64,000 nt of DNA from Synechococcus sp. (lineage in GTDB: Bacteria; Cyanobacteriota; Cyanobacteriia; PCC-6307; Cyanobiaceae). The notes under the pieces were generated by a model. It ran no database searches. It was given only the letters and a program-made list of their open reading frames with translations, and had not been told where the DNA came from. Shown here piece after piece: positions 38,775-48,238 of the stretch. The stretch lies in assembly GCA_047284725.1 (NCBI GenBank), contig JBJBEO010000001.1, positions 1,752,203-1,816,202 on the forward strand, read 5' to 3'. Position 1 is the first letter of the stretch. Every line of letters begins with the position of its first letter. The position numbers were made by a program, and so were the translations under genes.

Positions 38775-39095
38775 ATGATTTCAGCCGATTGGACCCAAGA
38801 CGAATTAACGATCGCCCGCACAGCTTTTGAAACAGGCAAGCGGCGCTCCATTGAAGCATTGATCAAGACACTTCAAGAGAGCGTTGGAGCACTCGAAAGC
38901 CCTGAATCAATCTGGTCACTTCACGATTATTTGAGTACTGAGCGCTACCAATACGAAGGTCGCGCCGATTTCGAAACAAGCAATATCCTTTTCACATTGG
39001 CTGACATGCTAAAACAAAAATTGATTTCCCCAGAAGACCTCACTGGCCTCGACCAGAAAAAGCTAAGCAAAGTAAAGGCAATGTCGATGTTTTAA
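38775..39095 (+). CDS. frp: Fluorescence recovery protein
   Basis: W.LHDYLS.ER..Y.G..DF, GLDQKKLSKVKAMS; downstream of ocp. Confidence 0.92.
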   Translation: MISADWTQDELTIARTAFETGKRRSIEALIKTLQESVGALESPESIWSLHDYLSTERYQYEGRADFETSNILFTLADMLKQKLISPEDLTGLDQKKLSKVKAMSMF

Positions 39096-39294
39096 TCGTA
39101 AACCTGCAGAGACTAATCAGCGCCAACGATCCTCACCCTGACAAAACGCAAAAGCGGTTAATACCTTTTCTATTTTACCAAAATTCTTGTGTTGTTGGTC
39201 TGAATCCCCCAGCGAATGTTCAAGTTCAAAGTCTGTTCATGGTTTCGCTTGAACAACGAGGAGCAGACTGATCGTTGAGAGCCGCGCCTTCCCC

Positions 39295-39561
39295 TTGACC
39301 AGCAGAGCAGCGATCCGAGCGGTGTACGACGATCCTCAGGTTGAGGGCATGGAGCTGCTCTACACCGCAATTGGGGAACAACTGCAGCAGGGCATCAGCT
39401 TTGACAACGCCTATGCCAACACCATCGCGGCAGGTGGTGCGGCTGCAACCACCTGGATCCGCTTCTGCGTGCAGTGCTCAACGCGGTTCGATGAACCACC
39501 CGCGGAAGACGACTTTCTCTCGGTGCTCCATGAGATGTGCCGCGAACCCATGAAACGCTGA
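39295..39561 (+). CDS. Hypothetical protein
   Basis: YDDPQVEGMELLY...WIRFCVQC. Confidence 0.6.
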   Translation: MTSRAAIRAVYDDPQVEGMELLYTAIGEQLQQGISFDNAYANTIAAGGAAATTWIRFCVQCSTRFDEPPAEDDFLSVLHEMCREPMKR

Positions 39562-39592
39562 ACCGAGCCAAGTGTCGAAACAGTCACTCGGA

Positions 39593-39997
39593 TCACCAAT
39601 AGAAGATGTCGGGAACCCCCTCTGCGCAGCGCCGCAACTGACGCTCCGCCTTCTGGCGCTTCTCCGCACTGAGCGGAGGTTGATCCGGACCCAACAACGC
39701 TGACACCTCCTCGCAAACCTGCAACGTGCGTTGATGCACCGCTTCCTGCACCCGCAGCTCAATGCCCTTGCAGGCTGCAGGGGTGTCGCGCACCAACGGC
39801 ACATCCAAAGGATCGTTGTCGTACAGCGTCGGCACCTTGCCTCCCGTCTGCTCAAGGCAACGGTCCACTCTGGCTTCAAGGGCAGCGACCTCCGCTTGCC
39901 TGGCTGACTCCTGCCGGATCTCGGAGCCGCAACCAGCCATCAGCAGACTGACCCCCCACAAGGCCCACCAACGGTTCCCCCTCGATGCGGTGTTCAC
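39593..39997 (-). CDS. Hypothetical lipoprotein
   Basis: LMAGC lipobox. Confidence 0.6.
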   Translation of the reverse strand: MNTASRGNRWWALWGVSLLMAGCGSEIRQESARQAEVAALEARVDRCLEQTGGKVPTLYDNDPLDVPLVRDTPAACKGIELRVQEAVHQRTLQVCEEVSALLGPDQPPLSAEKRQKAERQLRRCAEGVPDIFYW

Positions 39998-40074
39998 AGC
40001 AACAGCCGGCGCCCCCTGTCTGCAACGCTAGAGATCTCCACCAGCTCCGCAAGGCGGTTCTCCATTCAGCCCCG

Positions 40075-40452
40075 ATGGCGACAACCCCGGAAGGCCCCTC
40101 CGACATGAACTCCAGCTGCCGCGACCTCAACCTGCCGATCAATGCCGCCCTGCGGGAACGGTTTGAAGCCCACGCACTGGCACAGAACAGCAGTCTCCAG
40201 GCCAGCCGCGGCCCCGCTGCAGCACAGGATGCCGGTGCCCGTGAAGCCCTCACCAAGCTGAAACAACGCACCGAAGCGCTGGAGAGTCTCACCCGCCAAA
40301 TGACCACCCACATGCGCATGCTCCAGGAGGAGGTCGACCAGCTCAAAACGCCTGCAGCCATCAGTGAACAGCAACAGATCAGCGAGATGCTGCCGGCCCT
40401 CGCCGATGACTTCGCCGATGACTTCGCCGATGACTTCGCGGCAGACTTCTGA
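40075..40452 (+). CDS. Hypothetical coiled-coil protein with ADDF tail repeats
   Basis: Heptad-like central region; 12-bp tandem repeat at the 3' end. Confidence 0.5.
   Translation: MATTPEGPSDMNSSCRDLNLPINAALRERFEAHALAQNSSLQASRGPAAAQDAGAREALTKLKQRTEALESLTRQMTTHMRMLQEEVDQLKTPAAISEQQQISEMLPALADDFADDFADDFAADF
40402..40449 (+). repeat. 12-bp tandem repeat (GCCGATGACTTC x3 + 1 degenerate)
   Basis: Directly visible in the sequence. Confidence 0.9.
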
Positions 40453-40487
40453 GCTGGCTGCGAGGCGCGCAGCACAGGTCGCTGGAA

Positions 40488-41312
40488 TCAGCGGTTGATC
40501 ATGCGCTGTCGTACCAGGGCATCCCAGAGACGCGTCGGCATGAAGCGTTGCACCAGCACCGCCTCCGATTCACTGCCACATCGATAGCGCGGCTGGGGGT
40601 CGGAGGCCTCCAGCGCCATCGCGATCGTGCGAGCCACCACCTCCGGCTCCGAGCCCCGGCGGAAACCTTCAGCCCAACTCGAGGCCACCTTGCGCATCAT
40701 CGGGCCCCACACCGGATCGCTGGCTCCTTGGTCCATGGAGACCGCCGATGCCGCTTCAAAGCCGGTGCGGATCAAGCCGGGCTCCACCAGCACCACCTGC
40801 ACACCAAACGCATGAAGCTCCAGGCGCAGGGCATCACTGAGCCCTTCAAGAGCATGCTTGCTGGCGCCATACCAACCCGCACCGGGCGTAACGAAGCGAC
40901 CAGCAATCGACGACAGGTTGACGATGCGACCCCGTCGCCGCTCGCGCATCGCGGGCAGCAAGAGCTGGGTCAGCCCCATCAGACCGAACACATTCACCTC
41001 AAACATGGCCCGGGCCCGCTCGAGCGTCGTCGTTTCCAGGGGACCCACCTCGCCACAGCCAGCGTTGTTGACCAGCGCATCGAGGGCCCCGATCCGCTCC
41101 TGCAACGTGGCCGCCAACTGCTCACGGGAAGCGGCATCGGCCACATCCAGCGGGAGCACCTGGGCACCTCGACTCTGAAGAGATGCCATCGCCTCCACCC
41201 GCCGTGCAGCGGCAAACACCTGCCAGCCACGATTCAACAGGTGATGGGCTGTCGCCAGACCAATACCGCTTGAAGCACCAGTGATCAACACACTGCGACC
41301 CGACATCGCCAT
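40488..41312 (-). CDS. SDR oxidoreductase
   Basis: TGASSGIG, NNAG, YGASK. Confidence 0.92.
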   Translation of the reverse strand: MAMSGRSVLITGASSGIGLATAHHLLNRGWQVFAAARRVEAMASLQSRGAQVLPLDVADAASREQLAATLQERIGALDALVNNAGCGEVGPLETTTLERARAMFEVNVFGLMGLTQLLLPAMRERRRGRIVNLSSIAGRFVTPGAGWYGASKHALEGLSDALRLELHAFGVQVVLVEPGLIRTGFEAASAVSMDQGASDPVWGPMMRKVASSWAEGFRRGSEPEVVARTIAMALEASDPQPRYRCGSESEAVLVQRFMPTRLWDALVRQRMINR

Positions 41313-41421
41313 CAGCTCCTCACCAACCTGTGCACTCTGGCAACAGCCCTCAACCAACGACGACCACGGCGACGCCTGACCTCCCCTGGGGCGATCAACC
41401 CTGAAACCTTTCCGCAACCCC

Positions 41422-41459
41422 TTGACCCCCACCCCGATTCGGCTTAGTACAGATGTACT
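41422..41459 (+). promoter_or_regulatory. sigma70-like promoter with overlapping cyanobacterial LexA box
   Basis: TTGACC-17 nt-TAGTAC; AGTACAGATGTACT at 41446-41459. Confidence 0.75.
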
Positions 41460-41473
41460 GTTGCAGACGGGCT

Positions 41474-41704
41474 ATGGAAGAGTGGGATTTCGTGGACGAT
41501 CACGACCTGACCAACTGGAAGGGAGCCTGCATCTGCATGACCTGCCAGCATTTCGCCTACGGCGTTGATCGGCACTGCCACACCATCGTTGGCTGCAACC
41601 TCAGGAGACGACAGCTCCAGCAGGGGCAGCACCTGACCAAGCGCTGCATTGAATGGGCTCCAACGTGGCAGAAAGAGATGGGCTGGGCCCCCGAAGCAGG
41701 GTGA
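41474..41704 (+). CDS. Small Cys-rich protein
   Basis: CMTCQHF...C..R...QGQHLTKRC..W...GWAPEAG. Confidence 0.75.
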   Translation: MEEWDFVDDHDLTNWKGACICMTCQHFAYGVDRHCHTIVGCNLRRRQLQQGQHLTKRCIEWAPTWQKEMGWAPEAG

Positions 41705-41729
41705 CGCCGATGCACCTGGAAGCCGATGC

Positions 41730-42215
41730 CTAGAACGCTGCAGCCATCAGACCGTCGGGACTGCCTGCTGCGCTCGCGTCCTGCCCGACCCCACTGGGGA
41801 TGGTCAACAACATGTTCCCAGCCAGGCACAGGCTTCCATCGCTGCCACGCACGAGATGCGACGAGATCTCTTCATCGAAACGGATTCCCAAGCCACAATC
41901 CGACTGACCGAACATGGAGCCGGGATTGGTGTATTTGATGACGCCCGTTACAACGACATCGTCTTGCTCACGATTGTCATGCAGATGAATCGTGATGCTT
42001 TCACCCTGGGCTGGCTTCCACTGTCCAGCCACCACGACGACGTAAATGCCAGACAAGCTGATGTCCAGCAAATCCGCATAAAAGATTTCACAATCAGCCG
42101 TCATGATCTTGATGACGTAATCGCTTTGAATCACGAAACGCTTGCGAGCCCTTCGTCCATCACCACCTGCTTCTCTTCGGCTCTTACGCCTGTCAGGAAT
42201 CCTGGTGTAGCTCAT
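41730..42215 (-). CDS. PilZ-domain protein
   Basis: DRRKSRR (RxxxR) and DISLSG (DxSxxG), ending GLGIRF. Confidence 0.7.
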   Translation of the reverse strand: MSYTRIPDRRKSRREAGGDGRRARKRFVIQSDYVIKIMTADCEIFYADLLDISLSGIYVVVVAGQWKPAQGESITIHLHDNREQDDVVVTGVIKYTNPGSMFGQSDCGLGIRFDEEISSHLVRGSDGSLCLAGNMLLTIPSGVGQDASAAGSPDGLMAAAF

Positions 42216-42472
42216 ACACTCTCTAAATGAAGTTGACTGAACAACGAAGCAATCGCCTAAATCAATAGGCAAATAGGCAAGAATTCCTACTGCAAAAACC
42301 CTGCATAAATCAAGTATGTGCCTTAACGAGAAGCCACAGGTCCACTGCAAGTGAAAAAAGACTGAGAATATGACTAAAGCCCCCACAGAAGACTGGACGT
42401 CTCCATCAACGGGTCTGCGGCAGCCGACACAGGGCTGCCAACACGTCACACCTGGCCACTAAGCGACTTCAA

Positions 42473-43072
42473 TCATCGCTGTTCACTTGAACGTTCCCTC
42501 GGAAACCGATACCAACGAAGCGCATAGCCAAGCTTGACCGCCTCTCCATCAACCTTGATCTCCAGCATGTCCGGACGGCCTGGGTAAAGTTCAAACCCCT
42601 CGGGCAGCGTCAGACTGAGCGATTTTCCCTGTTTGAGGATGCCTTCATACAACGTTTTTGCGGACAGATCGCGGATTTCCATCCAGCAATCGCTTTTCGC
42701 CAGGATCGTTGCTGAAATCAGGTTGCTGGCAGGGGAGACGCTCTCGATTGGCTGATCATCCTGACTCCGTGACCCTTGGCGCAGATGGTTGTAAGCGAGA
42801 AGACTCCCCACTGCCGCAGTGAAGACAACCATCAGAATGACGACCCGTTGGCGATGACGGGCCAGAAACGATCCAAGACCTGCCAGATCAGGAAAGTCCA
42901 GTCTTGGACGCTTTCTCGACTGCGCATCCGGTGACTTTGGCAAGCTTTTCTGCTCAGGCTTCGGCCTTGATTTGGACCAATTCAAGAGATCTTTTTCGGT
43001 GATTCCCAGAAGCCGATCAATCTCTCCGGGCTTATTCAGCAGTCGTTCAATTTCATGATCTTTTGGATCCAT
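42473..43072 (-). CDS. Membrane protein with RodZ C-terminal-like (DUF4115) domain
   Basis: TM helix followed by CWMEIRD...LYEGILKQG...GRPDMLEIKVDG. Confidence 0.7.
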   Translation of the reverse strand: MDPKDHEIERLLNKPGEIDRLLGITEKDLLNWSKSRPKPEQKSLPKSPDAQSRKRPRLDFPDLAGLGSFLARHRQRVVILMVVFTAAVGSLLAYNHLRQGSRSQDDQPIESVSPASNLISATILAKSDCWMEIRDLSAKTLYEGILKQGKSLSLTLPEGFELYPGRPDMLEIKVDGEAVKLGYALRWYRFPRERSSEQR

Positions 43073-43249
43073 CCATACCACCCAAACGACCAATCAAGGC
43101 GATGATCTTACATCCCAAGCCAAGCACGGAAGGCCAGGATGTTGACTATCTGGGCTGACCATAGCCCTCGGTGCAGGGCCATCTGCGTCATGGCTCGTCT
43201 GCTTGCATTGATGATTGCTCATCAAGCAAAGCCACGAGGTTGGGGCACC

Positions 43250-43915
43250 TCACCAAGGCAGCACCTCACCATTGGCATGCCAGAAGGTGCCGCTGGTGGC
43301 CAGCGTGAGGGCATCGATGCGAGCCAGCAATCCCTGTACGGACTGTTCTGGACTGATGCCGTTGGGATTGAACTTGATCATGCGGGTCCGAACCAACCCC
43401 GGATGCAGAATCGCCACGGCAATCCCTTTGGGGGCCAGATCATGGGCCAGTGACTTGCCAGCGATGTTCAGCGCCACCTTCGACATGCGATAGCCATAGG
43501 AGCCGCCTGAGGTGTTGTCATCGATGGATCCCATCCGGCTGGTCATCAAGGCCAACTTGCTGCCATGGCCCATCCTCTCCAGCAGGGCGCGGGCCAGGAG
43601 CAGGGGGGCCAGGGCGTTCACCTCGAACTGACGACGGATGCCCTCGGCATCGAGGTCCTCAAGCCCCATCGACTGCAGGATGCCGGCATTGAGAATCACA
43701 CCGTCGAGAACAACGCCCTCAAGACGCTGCACCAGTGCATGGATGGCGGTCTCACTGCTGAGCTCCACCCCTGCTTCCACGCGCACGTCGAGGGCATCGA
43801 GCTCCGGTGAGCCCTGCCGGCACACCGCAATCACCGCGTCACCGCGGCCCTGCAACTGCCTGCAGTACTCCAACCCAATCCCCCGATTGGCACCGGTCAC
43901 CAGAAAGGTCGCCAT
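43250..43915 (-). CDS. SDR oxidoreductase (CsgA-like)
   Basis: TGANRGIG, NAG, YRMSK, HPGLVRT. Confidence 0.9.
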   Translation of the reverse strand: MATFLVTGANRGIGLEYCRQLQGRGDAVIAVCRQGSPELDALDVRVEAGVELSSETAIHALVQRLEGVVLDGVILNAGILQSMGLEDLDAEGIRRQFEVNALAPLLLARALLERMGHGSKLALMTSRMGSIDDNTSGGSYGYRMSKVALNIAGKSLAHDLAPKGIAVAILHPGLVRTRMIKFNPNGISPEQSVQGLLARIDALTLATSGTFWHANGEVLPW

Positions 43916-44000
43916 CGCGAGCACTGCACTGAAGCAGACGCCATCCTGATGCCAACGGATCGCCGAAGCTCGCCATAATCTCGCCAATCAGAGGCGCCCC

Positions 44001-44783
44001 ATGCAGAACGTCACCCCCAACCAACCGGGTGCCCAGGCAAGCCTGACCATCATTGCCGCCTTCACAGCTCTGATCATCGCGGTGGCCTCAGTCTTCGTCG
44101 TGCCAGCCGGAGAAGTCGCCGTGATCACAACGCTGGGCAAAGTGAGCGAAGCACCGCGGGTTCCAGGCCTCAACCTCAAAGCGCCCTTCCTGCAATCCGT
44201 GCACTTCTTCAATGTGCGCACCCAGGTGCGACCGGAGGAATTTTCCAGCCTCACCAAGGATCTGCAGGTGATCGAAGCCACGGCCACGATCAAATACGCC
44301 GTCAAACAAACGGAAGCACCTCGGGTCTACAGCACGATCTCCACGGGCAATGAGGGGATCTACGCCCGCATCATTCAGCCCTCACTGCTCAAGTCTCTGA
44401 AATCGGTGTTTTCAAAGTACGAACTGGTGGAAATTGCCACCGACTGGAACACCATTTCCTCCATTGTTGAAACGAGTGTGGCCAAGGAACTGGAAAAATT
44501 TGACTACGTCGATGTGAAGGGTCTGGATCTCACTGGCCTCAAGATTGCTGAGGAATACCGTTCAGCCATCGAGCAGAAGCAAATCGCCGAACAGCGTCTA
44601 CTGAAGGCCGAAACCGAAGTGAAGATCGCTGAGCAGGAAGCGATCAAATTTGAAACACTCAACAAGGGCCTCAACGAACGGGTGCTCTACAAACTCTTCC
44701 TCGACAAATGGGATGGGCAGACACAAGTGGTGCCTGGCCTATCCGGTGCAGGAACCCCGCCGGTGATCGTGGGGCGGTCGTGA
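44001..44783 (+). CDS. Prohibitin/SPFH family protein
   Basis: VVPAGE, SLTKDLQ, AIEQKQIAEQ, KWDG. Confidence 0.9.
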   Translation: MQNVTPNQPGAQASLTIIAAFTALIIAVASVFVVPAGEVAVITTLGKVSEAPRVPGLNLKAPFLQSVHFFNVRTQVRPEEFSSLTKDLQVIEATATIKYAVKQTEAPRVYSTISTGNEGIYARIIQPSLLKSLKSVFSKYELVEIATDWNTISSIVETSVAKELEKFDYVDVKGLDLTGLKIAEEYRSAIEQKQIAEQRLLKAETEVKIAEQEAIKFETLNKGLNERVLYKLFLDKWDGQTQVVPGLSGAGTPPVIVGRS

Positions 44784-44809
44784 TACGGGCCTGACATCCC
44801 CTCACACCA

Positions 44810-45052
44810 ATGGCTATGACTGGATCAGCCATGACAGATCCGATGCGCTGGGTTGGTCTTCTCGCTTTACCCCTGCTGGCCATGCCAGCGATCGCAGGTT
44901 CAGCGACCGGTGGCGCCAGCACCGAACAGATGGCCACTGCAGAAGCAGAGCGCCAGGTTCCCCGAGGCGCCACGATCACCAAAACCGTGTGCAAAGCCAT
45001 CGGCGCCGCCGGCAATAACGACAACTACCGCTGCACGGTGCACTGGGACTGA
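44810..45052 (+). CDS. Small secreted protein
   Basis: Signal peptide and a Cys pair. Confidence 0.65.
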   Translation: MAMTGSAMTDPMRWVGLLALPLLAMPAIAGSATGGASTEQMATAEAERQVPRGATITKTVCKAIGAAGNNDNYRCTVHWD

Positions 45053-45085
45053 GCCACCATCCTTGAACGACGCGGAAGCAACCGT

Positions 45086-46456
45086 TCAGAAGCGATCCAG
45101 CCGTCCGGCAGCAGGGAGCCAGAGAGCATTCACCACGGCACGCGACGCATCGGTGCGCAAGGCGAGGGTGTCGGCATCAATCCAGCCGATGCTCCCAGGC
45201 GAGCGGCGCGAGCTGATCAGCGTGAGCAGCAACTGATCAGCCACTGGATCGAAATGCAACCCGGAATTGGGGGCCAACCGCCAGGGGCCAAGGGTGCGTT
45301 GCCGCACCACCGTGCCATCACGATCGAGTTGCAACAGGGTATCCACCGCCTCAGGCCGCGTCTCGCGCAGGATCACCCACAGCCGTTCACCACCGTTGTC
45401 GCAGGCGACGGCCATCACCGCCTGCTCCCCGAGCCAGATCTGCCGGGGAGGAAGGCCAGGAATCACCAGCTCCACAGAGCGGCGATAGTCGGGCCAATGC
45501 CGCACCAGCAGTGCCCGGCCGGAACCCGTGCAGAACGCCCGCAGATCTCGGCTGCCGGGGAGCACCTGACGCTTGCTGGCATCGCCTTGCACTGCGGCGA
45601 GAGACAGCAATTCAAGACCGTTGTAGCCAGGCACCACCATCCCCGTCCCATCAGGCAGGAGGCGAACCGGACCCGCCAGTTGGAGGTTCAGGTCTCTGCG
45701 TTGGCCGTCGGCACTGCGTAACCAGAGCTGATCGCTTCCGGGTTCAATGCGCCCAGCCTGCACGATCAGATCACCGCGCAGGTTGCTGCTCACATGGGCA
45801 TATAACTGTCCCGTGTCCGTGAGCTGCTCGAGATCCCCGAGTCGCGGCGTGCCGAGGGAGGCGACATCGACACCCAGGGCACGGGGAGTGAGTGTGCGAA
45901 GCCCGACGGCCTGATCGCCCTGGGCATCAACCGCCACAAAGGCAACGCCACGGCCGTTCCCCAGAGGCTCCATCTGAACGATGCTCGGCCAAACATCCGT
46001 GAGAGCCAGCCAACGGCCATCACGACCTTGCATCTGCACCTGCTCACCGCCATCGCTCTGAACCACGGCCAACAGCGTGGGACGCGGATCCCAGAACAGC
46101 GAGTGGGGTGGCAAGGACAGACCACGCACATCGGAACCCGCCAGCCTCACCTCGATCGGCGCCTCCAATCCATCAGCCTGATTCAGGAGCAGACGCCAGG
46201 CGTTGTCGGCTCCGAACCAGAGGTGCGCCAGCGATGGGCTCAGAGCACTCTGTGATTCCAGCGAGCGCAGGCGCATGGGGCGACTGAAGCGCAGATCCAG
46301 GGCTGCCGCACTGGAACGAAGCGGCTGAATCGCCACCTCCCGCAATCGAGGAGAGCGACGCAGCAACACCTGTTGCTGAATCAGCGCCAGCAGCGTCAGC
46401 CCCCCCAGGGCCAGCAGGAGAGAGCGCGGCCAGGCCCGCAGATTGAATCGACTCAT
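45086..46456 (-). CDS. Hypothetical membrane-anchored protein (Ig-like + propeller-like)
   Basis: TM helix then FSRPM; last gene of the permease operon. Confidence 0.75.
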   Translation of the reverse strand: MSRFNLRAWPRSLLLALGGLTLLALIQQQVLLRRSPRLREVAIQPLRSSAAALDLRFSRPMRLRSLESQSALSPSLAHLWFGADNAWRLLLNQADGLEAPIEVRLAGSDVRGLSLPPHSLFWDPRPTLLAVVQSDGGEQVQMQGRDGRWLALTDVWPSIVQMEPLGNGRGVAFVAVDAQGDQAVGLRTLTPRALGVDVASLGTPRLGDLEQLTDTGQLYAHVSSNLRGDLIVQAGRIEPGSDQLWLRSADGQRRDLNLQLAGPVRLLPDGTGMVVPGYNGLELLSLAAVQGDASKRQVLPGSRDLRAFCTGSGRALLVRHWPDYRRSVELVIPGLPPRQIWLGEQAVMAVACDNGGERLWVILRETRPEAVDTLLQLDRDGTVVRQRTLGPWRLAPNSGLHFDPVADQLLLTLISSRRSPGSIGWIDADTLALRTDASRAVVNALWLPAAGRLDRF

Positions 46457-47154
46457 GGTTCCAACGGACGCGCAGGTCTGGGGATGGCCGTGATCTGTGT
46501 GGGCTTCACCGCATTGCGCACCTCGCCGTTGACCTCCTCCACCACCATCGTCCCTTTGATCTGCAACCAGGTGTCGGTGTTCGGAGTGAAATCCTGCGGC
46601 CATACCACCGGCAATCCCGATGGGGAAGCATCCGCCAGACAGCAACGAACCATCAGGCGCGCCAGCTGTGGAGGCCCCTCCGCAGGCTGAAACACGAACC
46701 CACTGATGGAGAGTGGCGCACCCTCATGCAACGAAGGGTCGGGTTGCGTGCGCAGCAAGCGCACCCACTCGGTCAGAGTGCGCTGTTCCGGCGGCAGGAC
46801 GAAAGCCAGCTGTGGCGCCTCTGGAAGACTTGAGGGTCGGCTGCTAGCCAGATCACTGAAGGAGGGTTCAGGGGGCAGAAGCAACACCAGGACGGCCATC
46901 AGCACACTGAGCCACCAACCCCTGGGAAGCGGTTGCGACAGAAGGCGATCGCTCGCCCTGCCCTGCCAGACAACCAGGCACTGCAGGAGGCCAAGCGCCA
47001 TCAGCAAAGCACCACCAATCCCCACCACTGGGTGATAGATGGCCCGCAACAACAGATCGAGCCGACCGGACACCGTGCTCCACACCATCACCCATCCCCA
47101 CAGCACCAATTGCAGGGGCAGGCCCAGGGCTTGCCATCGACGACGAAACGACAT
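46453..47154 (-). CDS. TIGR03943/DUF1980-family membrane protein
   Basis: G.ISGFV...RLMVRCCLADA...W..G...P..P.EP. Confidence 0.85.
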   Translation of the reverse strand: MSFRRRWQALGLPLQLVLWGWVMVWSTVSGRLDLLLRAIYHPVVGIGGALLMALGLLQCLVVWQGRASDRLLSQPLPRGWWLSVLMAVLVLLLPPEPSFSDLASSRPSSLPEAPQLAFVLPPEQRTLTEWVRLLRTQPDPSLHEGAPLSISGFVFQPAEGPPQLARLMVRCCLADASPSGLPVVWPQDFTPNTDTWLQIKGTMVVEEVNGEVRNAVKPTQITAIPRPARPLEP

Positions 47155-47159
47155 CAGCT

Positions 47160-48122
47160 TCACATCTGCACGAAATTGACCCATTGCCCGATCAGCAGCA
47201 CCAGCAACGACGCCGCCAGCGCTGTCACACCAATCGCTTTTGGGCGTAACAGCACGGTGAAGAGACCCGCCAGCTTGAGGTCAACCACCGGGCCCAGCAG
47301 CAGAAAAGCGAGCAAGGCCCCCGGGGTCACCTGGGCGGCAAACCCGAGCGCCAGAAAGGCATCAACGCTGGAGCAGACCGACACCACCAGGGCCAGCAGC
47401 ATCAAGGCCAGCACCGAGAGGGTTGGGGCTGAGCCCACCGCCAGCAACCAGGCCCGCGGCAGCCAAGCCTGAACAGCGGCAGCCAGGCCACAACCAACCA
47501 GCAAAAGCACCAGCAAACCGAGAAATTCTCGGCTGCTGTGGTGGAGCACCTCCACCAATGACAGTTTGGATGCGCTGGTTGACGCAGAAGAGAACGGAGC
47601 GGACTCCGCCCCGAGGACGCCGCTGCCACGCTCCAAAAGCCCCACCTCAGCAAGGGGCTGACTCAACCTGCGCTCCTCAAGCAACGCAGGGACCAACAGA
47701 GCCCTTTCGCCCAGGAGCCCCAGCAGAGCACTGAGGGCCAGAGCAATCAGAAAAGCCCCCAGGGGGCGAGCCACCAACAGCCAGGGTTGATCCGGGAAAG
47801 CAGCCCAAGTACTGGCCAACACGATCGGATTGAGCACCGGTGCAGCAAACAGGAAGCCGAAACCGGTGCCGAGCGGAGCACCGCTGGCCAGTAAACGCCG
47901 TGCGACAGGCACATTGCCGCACTCACACGCGGGCAACGCAAAGCCCAGGAGAGCGCCGACAACCGGGGCCAGGAGTGGATTCCGCGGCAATCGGCGCACC
48001 CAGGCGGCCTGAGGCACAAGCCAGCGCGCCAGGGCCGCGATCGCCACCCCCAACAACAGAAACGGAAGCGACTCAATCAGCAAACCCTGAAAGATCGCCC
48101 ATGTATTGGCCAGTCGCTGCAT
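47160..48122 (-). CDS. DUF318-family permease
   Basis: PACECGNVP, AAPVLNP, SVCSSVDAF, GPVVDLK. Confidence 0.9.
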   Translation of the reverse strand: MQRLANTWAIFQGLLIESLPFLLLGVAIAALARWLVPQAAWVRRLPRNPLLAPVVGALLGFALPACECGNVPVARRLLASGAPLGTGFGFLFAAPVLNPIVLASTWAAFPDQPWLLVARPLGAFLIALALSALLGLLGERALLVPALLEERRLSQPLAEVGLLERGSGVLGAESAPFSSASTSASKLSLVEVLHHSSREFLGLLVLLLVGCGLAAAVQAWLPRAWLLAVGSAPTLSVLALMLLALVVSVCSSVDAFLALGFAAQVTPGALLAFLLLGPVVDLKLAGLFTVLLRPKAIGVTALAASLLVLLIGQWVNFVQM

Positions 48123-48190
48123 CTCAGTCGCTTCTCGCCTTGATCATGACGCGCCCGAACGGGCACGCAACGGGATGCATGGCACCCGGA

Positions 48191-48207
48191 ATGAGAACGA
48201 TTATCAT
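48191..48207. promoter_or_regulatory. Zur/Fur-type box
   Basis: Imperfect palindrome ATGAGAACGATTATCAT between the divergent permease and znuA-like genes; zur gene nearby. Confidence 0.7.
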
Positions 48208-48238
48208 CCCTTCGGAAAACCGATGCTTCGCCCCTGAC

